From: Pseudonocardia sp.
GTDB taxonomy: Bacteria; Actinomycetota; Actinomycetes; Mycobacteriales; Pseudonocardiaceae
Assembly (NCBI RefSeq): GCF_029263155.1
Contig: NZ_JAJCYB010000104.1
Span: forward strand, 67,565 to 131,564
Direction: 5' to 3'
Length of the DNA stretch: 64,000 nucleotides
The notes below the pieces were generated by a model, which did not search any database, was not told where the DNA came from, and saw only the letters and a program-made list of their open reading frames with translations. Positions 26,888-35,920 of this stretch are shown here, piece by piece. Made by a program: the position numbers and the translations under genes. Each line of letters begins with the position of its first letter. Within the stretch, counting starts at the first letter, position 1.

Positions 26888-28080
26888 TCGCCGGAGGATG
26901 GCACATCGACCGCGCCGTGCACGGCTGAGGCAACCCTGGCCCAGGACGACTCGGCGGCCAGCCACTTCGCCCCGGCCATGCCCATCCGCTCGGCCCGGTC
27001 GGCGTCGCCGAGCAGCGTCACGAGGCCGCCGGCGAGCGCCTCCGGGTCCGCCGGCGGGACCAGGATCCCGGTCTCCCCGTCCTGCACGACGGCGGGGATG
27101 TCACCCACGGCGGTGGCGACGACCGGCCGCTCGAAGGTGTACGCGAGATGCACCACACCGCTCTGCGTCGCCCTGCGGTAGGGGATCACGACGACCCGGG
27201 CGGTCCCGAACAGCGTCGCCACACCGTCCTTCGGGACGTACCCCGCGCGGATGTCCACATCGAGCTCCGTGGCACGGGCCTGCAACGCGGGCAGGTCGAC
27301 GCCCGCCACCGCCCCGGCGACGACGAAGCGCGCGTCGGGCACCTCGCGACGCACCACCGGCACCGCGTCGAGGAGGACGTCGATGCCCTTGTACGCCGTG
27401 AAGCTGCCGAAGAACAGCACGACCGGCCCGGTGGACCCGGCGGGCGGCACCGGGTCCGGCCCGCGCAGGGCCGCCTCGTCGCCGTGCGGGATGACGATGA
27501 CGGGACCGCCGGGTTCCCACCGCTCCAGGACCCGCTCGCGGGCCTCGGTGCCCAGCACGAACACGGCATCCATCGCCTGCCACGCCCGCTCGAGCACGCG
27601 GTCCAGCAGGGGGCCGCGCTTGTCGGCGGTCGTGTCGCCGCGGCGACGCAGCCGCGGCTCGTGGGCGACGATCGACAGCGCGGCCCGGGGCAGGATCCGG
27701 TCGACGGCGAGCACGCCCAGCGCGTCCATGCTGAACCTCCAGCTGGACCAGATCACGACGTCGGGCGCCATCCGGCGCAGGTGCCCGAGCACCTGGAACC
27801 AGGACAGCAGCCGCAACCCGGCCCGCCCGGCCCGGCGGACCTTGCGCCGCAGCGGGTGCACGGCTTCGTGGTCGGCGGGGTGCCAGCTGCGCAGCACCGG
27901 CCGGACGTGGAAGTCCGGGTGCCCGGACGCCAGCTCCGGGTCGGCCCCGGTGAGCAGGTGCACCTCGTCGCCACCGGCGGCCATGGCCTCGCCGAGCTGC
28001 GCGGAGAACTGAAAGAGGCCACCCGACGGGGTGAACTCGACGAACGCCACCCGCAGCCGTCTGGTAGGACCCGTCTCCAC
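26884..28080 (-). CDS. Glycosyltransferase family 4
   Basis: IPHG, LFFGSFTAYKGID, PYRRATQSGV, RPVVATAVG. Confidence 0.88.
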   Translation of the reverse strand: METGPTRRLRVAFVEFTPSGGLFQFSAQLGEAMAAGGDEVHLLTGADPELASGHPDFHVRPVLRSWHPADHEAVHPLRRKVRRAGRAGLRLLSWFQVLGHLRRMAPDVVIWSSWRFSMDALGVLAVDRILPRAALSIVAHEPRLRRRGDTTADKRGPLLDRVLERAWQAMDAVFVLGTEARERVLERWEPGGPVIVIPHGDEAALRGPDPVPPAGSTGPVVLFFGSFTAYKGIDVLLDAVPVVRREVPDARFVVAGAVAGVDLPALQARATELDVDIRAGYVPKDGVATLFGTARVVVIPYRRATQSGVVHLAYTFERPVVATAVGDIPAVVQDGETGILVPPADPEALAGGLVTLLGDADRAERMGMAGAKWLAAESSWARVASAVHGAVDVPSSGE

Positions 28081-28122
28081 GCCGCGCAGGCTAAGCCATC
28101 ACCCTCCTTGTAGGGTCGGCCG

Positions 28123-28878
28123 GTGTCGAACGAGCCGGAAGTGAACATCGGGCGCAAGAGCCCGGACTCCGCCGCGATCCACGCCGGGCCCGGGTTCCGG
28201 GTACGGCTGGAATTCCCCCGGTTGCCGCCCGACGTGGTGAACGCGTTCACCGAGTTCAACACCACCGACATCTCCGACCTGCTCAACCGCCTCTACGCGC
28301 TGGACTCGGAGATCGGTTGCCTGAGCGGGGGTGATCGGCCGTTGGTCGGGCTGGCGTGCACCGTGCGGGCCTACCCGGGCGACAACCTGATGGTGCACAA
28401 GTCGCTCGACGTGGCCAAGCCCGGTGACGTCGTGGTGGTCGCCGCCAACGGTTCCCGCTCCTACGCGGTGCTCGGCGACGTCATCTCCACGAAGGCCACG
28501 CACCGCGGAATCGGTGGTTTCGTCGTCGACGGCCTGATCCGCGACCTGCCGGCCATCCAGCCGCTGGGCATGCCGGTCTATGCCCGCGGCACCACCCCGA
28601 TCGGCCCGCTGCACCGCGGTCCCGGTGAGATCAACTACCCGATCGCGGTCGGCGGCGTCGTGGTCAACCCGGGAGACATCATCGTGGCCGACCCGGCCGG
28701 CGTGGTCGTCGTGCCGCAGAGCCACGCCCACGAGCTGCTCGGCCGCCTGCGCTGGTACGTCGACGGCAACGCCGACTACCTGGCGGCGGTGAAGCGGGGC
28801 GAGTTCAGCAATGCCTGGGTGGACAAGCAGCTCGCCGCGGCGGGCTGCCCGATCGACCCCGGCACCGTCCCGGTGTGA
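28123..28878 (+). CDS. RraA family protein (HMG aldolase/oxaloacetate decarboxylase-like)
   Basis: GDNLMVH, PGDVVVV, VVDGLIRD, PGDIIVAD-GVVVVP. Confidence 0.85.
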   Translation: MSNEPEVNIGRKSPDSAAIHAGPGFRVRLEFPRLPPDVVNAFTEFNTTDISDLLNRLYALDSEIGCLSGGDRPLVGLACTVRAYPGDNLMVHKSLDVAKPGDVVVVAANGSRSYAVLGDVISTKATHRGIGGFVVDGLIRDLPAIQPLGMPVYARGTTPIGPLHRGPGEINYPIAVGGVVVNPGDIIVADPAGVVVVPQSHAHELLGRLRWYVDGNADYLAAVKRGEFSNAWVDKQLAAAGCPIDPGTVPV

Positions 28879-29945
28879 CCGACCATCGGCTCGTCGACCC
28901 GCCCGCGTTGCAGGCGGCGGTGTCGGACTGCTTCGCCGGCCTCGGAGTCCCCGTCCCGGACGCGGACGCCGTCGCCGAGGTGCTGGTCTACGCCGACCTG
29001 CGCGGCATCGAGTCGCACGGCGTCTACCGCGCCGCGGCCTACCTGCGTCGCGTCCGCGCCGGTCTCGCAGGCGGCACGGGCGGGATGACCCAGGTGGGCG
29101 GGTCCGGGGCGGCGCGCCGCCTCGACTGCGCCTACGCGCTCGGCCCGGCGGCCGCGGTGCGCGCCACCGACCTCGCCGTCGAGCTGGCGCGCGAGCACGG
29201 CACCGGCGTCGTCGCGCTGGGCCGCACCACCCATCTCGGGGCCGCCGGGTTCTACGCGCGCCGGGCCGCCCGGAGCCAGGTCGTGGCGATCGTCCTGTCC
29301 AACGGCCCCAGCGGGGTGGCGCCGCACGGCGCGGCGCACCACTTCCTCGGCACGAACCCGATCGCGATCGGCATCCCGCTGGGCCGCCACGGCGAGTTCG
29401 TCCTCGACATGGCCACCAGCGCCATCCCCCGCGAACGAATCCGGATGGCAGCCGAGGCCGGCACGCCGATCCCGGCGGGCGTCGCGCTGGACCCCGACGG
29501 AGCGCCCACCACCGACGCCGCGGCCGCGATGGCCGGCAGCGTGCTTCCGGTCGCCGGCCCGAAGGGCTCGGGGCTCGGGCTGGCCGTGCTGCTGCTGGCC
29601 GGGATGCTCGGCGACGCGCAGTTCGACGACGAGGTCGGCTCCATGTACCGCGACTTCGACCGCCCGCAGGACGTCGGCCAGGTCTTCTGGGCGCTGGACC
29701 CCTGGCGGCTCAACGCGCGTGCCCGGGCGGAGCCGCGGGTGGAGGCCGTGGTCGACCGGCTGCACGCACTGCTGCCGGTCGCGGGCTCGGACGGGGTGCT
29801 GTTCCCCGGCGAGGGGAGCGAGGCCCGGGCCCGGCAGCGGATGGCCGACGGGCTGCCGATGGCGGAGTCCACGCTCGAGGACCTGGCGGACCTCTGCACG
29901 GAGTACGGCCTCACCGGGCAGGCCGCGCGGATCCGGACGCTGTAG
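28875..29945 (+). CDS. Ldh_2 family (malate/L-lactate/sulfolactate-type) dehydrogenase
   Basis: ADLRGIESHG, GTNPIA, LDMATS, GPKGSGL; GTGA-coupled to the RraA gene. Confidence 0.88.
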   Translation: MTDHRLVDPPALQAAVSDCFAGLGVPVPDADAVAEVLVYADLRGIESHGVYRAAAYLRRVRAGLAGGTGGMTQVGGSGAARRLDCAYALGPAAAVRATDLAVELAREHGTGVVALGRTTHLGAAGFYARRAARSQVVAIVLSNGPSGVAPHGAAHHFLGTNPIAIGIPLGRHGEFVLDMATSAIPRERIRMAAEAGTPIPAGVALDPDGAPTTDAAAAMAGSVLPVAGPKGSGLGLAVLLLAGMLGDAQFDDEVGSMYRDFDRPQDVGQVFWALDPWRLNARARAEPRVEAVVDRLHALLPVAGSDGVLFPGEGSEARARQRMADGLPMAESTLEDLADLCTEYGLTGQAARIRTL

Positions 29946-29953
29946 GTGTCAGA

Positions 29954-30370
29954 TCAGACGTGCAGCAGCACCACACCGTCGTCGACGGTGACCGGGAACG
30001 TCGGCACGGTGGGGTCCGCGGGAGCCGCGGGGTCCTCCGCGTCGGCGACGCTCACCTCGTAGCTGCGCACCCGCATGCGGTGCGGGTTGAACACGCTGCG
30101 CCCGGTGGTGACGTCGAACTCCCAGCCGTGCCACGGGCAGGTGAGCACCTCGCCCTCCCGCTCCCGGATGAACTCCCCCGGTCGCGTGGAGGTGTAGGTG
30201 CCGTCCAGCGATCCCTGGCACAGCGGAGCCCCCTGGTGCGGGCAGGCGTTGCGCAACGCGTAGAAGCGGCCCTCGACGTTGAACACGCCGATCGAGCGCC
30301 CGTCGATCTCCACGATCTTCCGGGCTCCCGGGGGGAGCTCGCTCACCCGCGCGACCGGGTGGGTGGCCAT
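29954..30370 (-). CDS. Rieske [2Fe-2S] ferredoxin
   Basis: CPHQG and CPWHGWEF motifs; TGATG overlap with the amidohydrolase. Confidence 0.88.
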   Translation of the reverse strand: MATHPVARVSELPPGARKIVEIDGRSIGVFNVEGRFYALRNACPHQGAPLCQGSLDGTYTSTRPGEFIREREGEVLTCPWHGWEFDVTTGRSVFNPHRMRVRSYEVSVADAEDPAAPADPTVPTFPVTVDDGVVLLHV

Positions 30371-31470
30371 CAGGTCGGCAGGCCGTAGAAGCTGCTCGCG
30401 TTGTCCACGAAGATCTTGCGCCACAGCTCGTCGGGCAGCTTCGGGAACGCGCGGGTGGGCGAGTCGAAGTCCCAGTGCGGGTAGTCGCTGGAGAACATCA
30501 GGATGTGCTCGGCGTCCATCGCGTCCAGGATCGACAGCAGGTGCTTGTCGTTCGCCGGGCGTTCCAGCGGCTGCGACGCCAGGCGCACGTGGTCGCGCAG
30601 GTACTCGCTCGGCGCCTTGCGCACCCACGGGATCTCCCGGCGCAGCGCCTTCCAGTAGGCGTCGAGCCGCCACATCAGCGGCGGGAGCCACGCGACACCA
30701 CCTTCGAGGAACGCCATACGGAGGCCGGGGAAGCGCTCGAAGACACCCTCGGTGAGCAGGCTGACCAGGTGGGACTGGAAGGCCAACGACATCGAGCAGT
30801 GCCACTCGATGTAGTGCGTCGGCATGCCCGGGGTGGGCTGGATGTTGACGCCCATCCCGTCGGTGCCCGGGTGCACCGCGAGCGGCAGGCCGTGGCGCTG
30901 GCAGGCCTCGTAGATCGGGTGGTAGAAGCGCTGGCCGAACGGGAACCGCGCCCCCGAGTCGGTGACGACCTGCACGATGTGCGGGTGCCCGGCCCACTTC
31001 TCGATCTCCTCGACCGCGCGCTGGGGGTCGTGATGGTTGATCGTGATGGAGCCCTTGAACGCGCCGTCGTGGTTGTACTCGGTGAGCCAGGTGGCCATCA
31101 GCCACTCGTTGAACGCCGCGGCGATGGCCGACCCGTAGTCGGGGTCGGGCTGGATGTTGCAGAACGTGCGCGGCACCAGGATGGGGTGGCTGACGCCGTA
31201 GGTCTCCATCAGTTGCAGGCGCAGGAAGTCCGGATCGGAGCCCTTGGGCCCGCCGTCGGGCGGCACGCTGTCGAGCCGGGAGCCGTGCACCGGGTTGTTG
31301 TAGAACGCGCGCCGCTCCCCGGCGTACATCTCACGCCACGGCATCGGGAGGAACTGCTTGATCTCCTCGACGCCGCGCGGCACGGGGTGCACGTCGGTGT
31401 CGACGATCCCGCGCCGGACGGCACGCTGCGGCGTCGCCGGTCCGACGCGCGGTTCGGCGGTGGTACTCAC
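30370..31470 (-). CDS. Amidohydrolase family (Amidohydro_2) protein
   Basis: DTDVH, LAVHP, GVFERFPGL, MFSSDYPHWD. Confidence 0.88.
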   Translation of the reverse strand: MSTTAEPRVGPATPQRAVRRGIVDTDVHPVPRGVEEIKQFLPMPWREMYAGERRAFYNNPVHGSRLDSVPPDGGPKGSDPDFLRLQLMETYGVSHPILVPRTFCNIQPDPDYGSAIAAAFNEWLMATWLTEYNHDGAFKGSITINHHDPQRAVEEIEKWAGHPHIVQVVTDSGARFPFGQRFYHPIYEACQRHGLPLAVHPGTDGMGVNIQPTPGMPTHYIEWHCSMSLAFQSHLVSLLTEGVFERFPGLRMAFLEGGVAWLPPLMWRLDAYWKALRREIPWVRKAPSEYLRDHVRLASQPLERPANDKHLLSILDAMDAEHILMFSSDYPHWDFDSPTRAFPKLPDELWRKIFVDNASSFYGLPT

Positions 31471-31521
31471 GAGGCCTCCTCGGGTCCGGGGCTCGGCGCC
31501 CCGGTCGAGGCTAGACGATGC

Positions 31522-32115
31522 TCAGGCCGCCACACCCAGCCACGGTTCCCAGGCCGGGTGCGGCTCGACGGCGAGCACGAGGATGCCGCCCGCGGCGCGG
31601 CTGGGCGGGCGGGGGACGACGTCGAGCGTCCAGCCGATCTCCTCGAGCAGCCGGTCGGCCTTCCTGGAGTTGCACGCCTTGCACGCCGCGACGCAGTTGT
31701 CCCAGGTGTGGGCGCCGCCGCGACTGCGCGGCACGACGTGGTCGATGGTGTCGGCACGCTTGCCGCAGTACCCGCAGCGGCGACCGTCGCGGCGCAGCAC
31801 CCCGGAGCGGGTCATCGGTACCGCGCGCCGGTACGGGACACGGACGTAGCGGGACAGGCGCATCACCGCGGGGGCGGGGACGGTGAGGTTCTCGGAGTGG
31901 AACGCGCTGTCGAGGAGCACCTCGACGCACTCGGCCTTGCCGGTGAGCATGAGCACCACCGCGCGCTTGGCCGTGACGACGGCGAGCGGTTCGAAGGTGG
32001 CGTTGAGGAGCAGGACCCGGGACCCCGTCGGGACCACGCCCGGGTTCGGCGCGATCCCCGGTACCTCCCCTGGATCGGGGTCGGCACCGGTGGGGTCGGG
32101 TTGTCGGTGCTTCAC
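31522..32115 (-). CDS. HNH endonuclease (McrA-like, common actinobacterial type)
   Basis: VLLLNATFEPL, RDGRRCGYCG, TIDHVVPRSRGG, VAACKACN; AGGAGG RBS. Confidence 0.9.
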   Translation of the reverse strand: MKHRQPDPTGADPDPGEVPGIAPNPGVVPTGSRVLLLNATFEPLAVVTAKRAVVLMLTGKAECVEVLLDSAFHSENLTVPAPAVMRLSRYVRVPYRRAVPMTRSGVLRRDGRRCGYCGKRADTIDHVVPRSRGGAHTWDNCVAACKACNSRKADRLLEEIGWTLDVVPRPPSRAAGGILVLAVEPHPAWEPWLGVAA

Positions 32116-32171
32116 GCGACCACCTCCTAGCCGAATCAGACCACAACGGCCCCGGCTGCGCGAGTGTGATC

Positions 32172-33509
32172 TCACACCGAACGGGCCCGCAGCGCGCCGA
32201 GCACGTCGGCCACGAGGTCGGCGGGGTCCTCGCATCCCGCGGACAGGCGCAGCAGCCCGGGCGCCACGTCGTCACCCCAGCGGGCGCGGCGGTCGGCGGA
32301 GCTGCGCAGACCGCCGAAGCTGGTGGCCGAGCCGACCAGGCGCGACGCGGCGAGGAACTCCCCCACCGCCGTCTCCGAGGCCAGCGTGAACCGCAGCACC
32401 CCGTTCCAGCGCCGCATCTGCCGCGCCGCCACCGCGTGGGCCGGGTCGCCCGCCAGGCCCGGCCAGCGGACGTCGGAGACCCCCGGGTGCCCGAGCAGCG
32501 CCGACGCGACGGCCCGGGCGTTCTCGGCCTGGCGGGCCAGCCGCAGGTCCAGCGTGCCCAGGCCGCGGTGGGCGAGCCACACCTCCATCGGCCCCGGTAC
32601 GGCCCCGCCCCGCGAGCGGGCCTCCCGCAGCTCCGCGGCCAGAGCCGGGTCGCGCACGCTCACGTGCCCGAGCACCACGTCGCCGTGCCCGGCCAGCGCC
32701 TTGGTGTCGCTGGCGACGGTGAGGTCCGCGCCGAGGTCGAGCGGGCGCTGGCCCAGCGGCGTGGCCGTCGTGTTGTCGACGGCGAGCAGCGCGCCCGCGG
32801 CGTGCGCGGCGGCCGCGGCGTCGGCGATGTCCACGACGTCGAGCCCCGGGTTGGACGGGGTCTCCACGAGCACCAGCGCGGCGCCGCCCAGCACGGCACC
32901 CCCGCGAGTCGGGGCCTGCGTGCGCGCGAGTCGGGGTCCCGCTGCGCGCGAGTCGGGGTCTGCGTGCGCGCGAGTCGGGGTGTGCGTGCGCCCGAGTCGG
33001 GACCCCGGTATGCCCGCGTCGGGACCGGCGTCCGCGAGGGTCGGGTCCTGCGTGCCCGCCAGTCGGGGCCCCGGTGTGTCGGGGGCGGGGTCTGCGTGCG
33101 CGGGAGTCGGGGTGTGCGTGCGCCCCCCGAAGGGCCCCGGACCCGCCGTCGGGACCTCGCGGATCTCGACACCCAGCGGGGCCAGCTCCGCGTGGGCGAG
33201 CGAGCGGGCGAGGTAGTAGCCGTCGGAGGGGAGCACGAGGGCGCCGTGGGCGGCCCGCAGCCGCAGCACGGCACCCAGCGCCGCCATGCCGGAGGCGAAC
33301 AGGACGCACTCGCCGCCGTCGAGCTCTCCGATCGCGTCCTCCAGTGCCCGCCAGGTGGGGTTGCCGGCGCGGCCGTAGAAGTCACCGGGCAGCGACCCGC
33401 CGGTCCCCAGCTCGAACGTGGAGGACAGCACCGGCCCGGGGTGCAGCGGCTCTCCCGGATCGGGCCGCCGGTGCCCCCCGTGCGCGCACCGCGTCCCGTC
33501 GCCCATCAC
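32172..33509 (-). CDS. Cystathionine gamma-lyase/synthase family PLP enzyme with in-frame repeat insertion
   Basis: YGRAGNPTW, FASGMAA, ETPSNP, VDNT, SDTKALAGHGD, ATSFGG; about 73 extra residues from a 22-bp array. Confidence 0.88.
   Translation of the reverse strand: MMGDGTRCAHGGHRRPDPGEPLHPGPVLSSTFELGTGGSLPGDFYGRAGNPTWRALEDAIGELDGGECVLFASGMAALGAVLRLRAAHGALVLPSDGYYLARSLAHAELAPLGVEIREVPTAGPGPFGGRTHTPTPAHADPAPDTPGPRLAGTQDPTLADAGPDAGIPGSRLGRTHTPTRAHADPDSRAAGPRLARTQAPTRGGAVLGGAALVLVETPSNPGLDVVDIADAAAAAHAAGALLAVDNTTATPLGQRPLDLGADLTVASDTKALAGHGDVVLGHVSVRDPALAAELREARSRGGAVPGPMEVWLAHRGLGTLDLRLARQAENARAVASALLGHPGVSDVRWPGLAGDPAHAVAARQMRRWNGVLRFTLASETAVGEFLAASRLVGSATSFGGLRSSADRRARWGDDVAPGLLRLSAGCEDPADLVADVLGALRARSV
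32903..33122. repeat. Degenerate tandem array, 10 x 22 bp (consensus CGCGAGTCGGGGTCTGCGTGCG)
   Basis: Units begin at 32903, 32925, 32947, 32969, 32991, 33013, 33035, 33057, 33079 and 33101. Confidence 0.9.
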
Positions 33510-33542
33510 GGGGTCACCCTACGGCCGGTCCAGGCGCGGGGC

Positions 33543-33614
33543 GCGGGGTCGGAGGGACGCGGGGCCGCAGAGTCGCGGGGTCGCGGGGCCGCGGGGCCGC
33601 GGGGCCGCGGGGCG
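33543..33614. repeat. 8-bp tandem repeat GCGGGG(C/T)C, about 9 degenerate units
   Basis: Read directly; lies just upstream of the cystathionine lyase start. Confidence 0.8.
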
Positions 33615-33657
33615 CAGCCTGGTCAGGGGCGGCCCGCGTGCCGGGCCCCTCCGCCAT

Positions 33658-33901
33658 GATCGCTGTGTCGGTACCGCGAGGCGCCGCACACGGACGGTCC
33701 GCGGTTCCGACACGGCGATCGACCAGTCCCCCGGACCGGCCCGCCCGCGATCCCCGACGGAGTCCGCGGGGGCCCTGCGGTCGACCCACCGACACCCGAG
33801 ATCATCGGCTCGGAACCACGAGGCGTCGGATGCACGCCCTCGGGTTCCACGACGCCGATCAACCCCGGCCACGGACGCCCACCGGTTCCGAAACGCTGAT
33901 C
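33658..33901. repeat. Cluster of GATC-terminated REP-like inverted repeats
   Basis: 21-bp arms at 33658-33678 and 33700-33720; degenerate copy at 33800-33860; right-arm remnant at 33884-33901. Confidence 0.6.
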
Positions 33902-34032
33902 ATCGGACGGGACCCCGGCCGATACGGACGGTGCCCCGGCCGGCACCCTGCCCGGTCACCGGCCGTGGCCGTCCCGGCCGGCACCCTGCCCGGCACCGGC
34001 CGCGGGCGACGCACCCGGCCGGCGGCCCCCAC

Positions 34033-35040
34033 CTACTCCGGGCGGGGCGCCCGGCTGATCAGCTCCTTGCCCATCTCCGCCGCGGACAGGCCCTCGTGGC
34101 AGACGCGGCGCACGGCGTCGGCGATGGGGAGCTCCACCCCGTGCCGGGCGCCCAGCTCGCAGATCGACGTGCACGACTTGACGCCTTCGGCGACCTGACC
34201 GTGGTTGGCCTCCTCGGCCTGCGCGAGGGTCTCGCCGCGGCCGAGCCGCTCACCGAAGGTGCGGTTGCGCGACAGCGGCGACGAGCACGTGGCCACCAGG
34301 TCGCCGAGCCCGGCGAGCCCGGCGAAGGTCATGGGATCGGCCCCCAGCGCGGCGCCCAGCCGGGCGATCTCGGCGAGCCCCCGGGTGATCAGCGACGCGC
34401 GCGTGTTGTCGCCGAAACCCATCCCGGCCGCCATGCCGGTGGCCAACGCGATGACGTTCTTGCCCGCGCCGCCGACCTCGCAACCCACCACGTCGGTGTT
34501 GGTGTAGGAGCGGAAGTAGCCGGTGGTGCAGGCCAGTTGCAGAGCGACCGCGCGGTCGTGGTCGGCGCAGGCGATCACCGTGGCCGTCGGCTCGGCGGCC
34601 GCGATCTCGCGGGCCAGGTTCGGCCCGGAGACCACCGCCACCTGGCTCGGGTCGACGCCCGCGACCTCGATCACCACCTCGCTCATCCGCTTGAGCGTGC
34701 CCAGCTCCACCCCCTTGGCCAGGCTGACGAGCGTGGCCCCCGGCGGCAGCAGGCCCCGCCAGCCGGCCAGGTTGGCGCGCAGCGTCTGCGACGGCACCGC
34801 GAGCACCACCGCGTCCACCCCGTCGAGGGCGGCCACGGCGTCGGAGGTGGCCGTCAGGAGCCCGGGCAGCTCGACGGCGGGCAGGTAGTCGGCGTTGACG
34901 TGCCGGAGATTGATCGACTCCGCGACCTCGGGCCGGCGCGCCCACAGCACGACCTCGCGCCCGGCGTCGGCGACGACCTTGGCGAACGCGGTGCCCCACG
35001 ATCCGGCACCGAGCACGGCGACCCTGCGAACGTCGTTCAC
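34033..35040 (-). CDS. gpsA: NAD(P)H-dependent glycerol-3-phosphate dehydrogenase
   Basis: [32 protein letters not shown]. Confidence 0.96.
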   Translation of the reverse strand: MNDVRRVAVLGAGSWGTAFAKVVADAGREVVLWARRPEVAESINLRHVNADYLPAVELPGLLTATSDAVAALDGVDAVVLAVPSQTLRANLAGWRGLLPPGATLVSLAKGVELGTLKRMSEVVIEVAGVDPSQVAVVSGPNLAREIAAAEPTATVIACADHDRAVALQLACTTGYFRSYTNTDVVGCEVGGAGKNVIALATGMAAGMGFGDNTRASLITRGLAEIARLGAALGADPMTFAGLAGLGDLVATCSSPLSRNRTFGERLGRGETLAQAEEANHGQVAEGVKSCTSICELGARHGVELPIADAVRRVCHEGLSAAEMGKELISRAPRPE

Positions 35041-35055
35041 GACCCCGTCCGATCC

Positions 35056-35104
35056 GACGAATGGGACTTTCGTCCGAACCTACGGGACGAGCGTCCCGGT
35101 CGTC
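35056..35104. repeat. REP-like imperfect hairpin
   Basis: GACGAATGGGACTTTCGTCC ... GGACGAGCGTCCCGGTCGTC between plsC and gpsA. Confidence 0.55.
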
Positions 35105-35119
35105 CCACGGCGTCCCGGC

Positions 35120-35821
35120 TCATGACGCCCTCCGGTAGAACGTCGCAGGTGCCGGCTCGCCGCGGACGTCGGCCAGCAGGTCGCGCACGCAGGTCATGAG
35201 CAGGTCGGTGACCTCGCGGAGCAGCCCGGCGTCGATCGGGCGCCCGCGGTAGGCGGACAGGTCGACCGGCGGACCGCAGCGCACGACGATGGGGCCGCGC
35301 GGCAGCGGCCGGAACTTCTTGTTGTAGCCGTCGAGCACGCGGTGGGTGCCCCAGTGCACCATCGGGACGACGGGGACGTCGGCGGTCAGCGCCAGCCGGG
35401 CCACGCCGGTGCGCGAGTGCATCGGCCACGTGTCGGGGTCGCGGCTGATCGTGCCCTCCGGATAGATGATCACGGTCTTGCCCTCCCGCAGGGCCGCGGT
35501 GCCGTCGCGCAGGCTCTGCTGGGCGTCGGCGGACTCGCGGTAGACCGCGATCTGCCCGCTGCCGGCCAGCGCCTGCCCGAGCACCGGCACGCTCCAGAGG
35601 CTGTGCTTGGCCAGGAACCGGGGCACCCGGCCCGATCGGTCCAGCATCAGCCCGGAGAAGATCGGGTCGAGGTGGGAGATGTGGTTGGCGACGATCAAGG
35701 CGCCGCCCTGCGCCGGGATGTGCTCACGGCCCTCGTACCGGCCCCGCCCGGTCAGCCAACCGATCGGGTAGAAGAAGATCGCGCAGAACGCGATCCAGAA
35801 TCCCCGCTTCTCACGCCGCAC
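35120..35821 (-). CDS. plsC: 1-acyl-sn-glycerol-3-phosphate acyltransferase
   Basis: [20 protein letters not shown]; GGAGG RBS. Confidence 0.9.
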   Translation of the reverse strand: MRREKRGFWIAFCAIFFYPIGWLTGRGRYEGREHIPAQGGALIVANHISHLDPIFSGLMLDRSGRVPRFLAKHSLWSVPVLGQALAGSGQIAVYRESADAQQSLRDGTAALREGKTVIIYPEGTISRDPDTWPMHSRTGVARLALTADVPVVPMVHWGTHRVLDGYNKKFRPLPRGPIVVRCGPPVDLSAYRGRPIDAGLLREVTDLLMTCVRDLLADVRGEPAPATFYRRAS

Positions 35822-35920
35822 CAAGGACCTCCCGATGTCCGATCTCCGCGGCAGTCTCCCTGCCCGGGTCCACCAGGTCCACAGGGCGGGTGCGGCGGCG
35901 CGCGGCGTCACCGGTGCACT

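Noticed and set aside
31522-32115. HNH gene as a homing endonuclease or defence system
   Set aside because: It matches the common stand-alone actinobacterial HNH type; no methylase, intron or flanking repeats are visible.
32903-33122. 22-bp array as a CRISPR array
   Set aside because: Units are contiguous without unique spacers, lie inside a CDS, and there are no cas genes.
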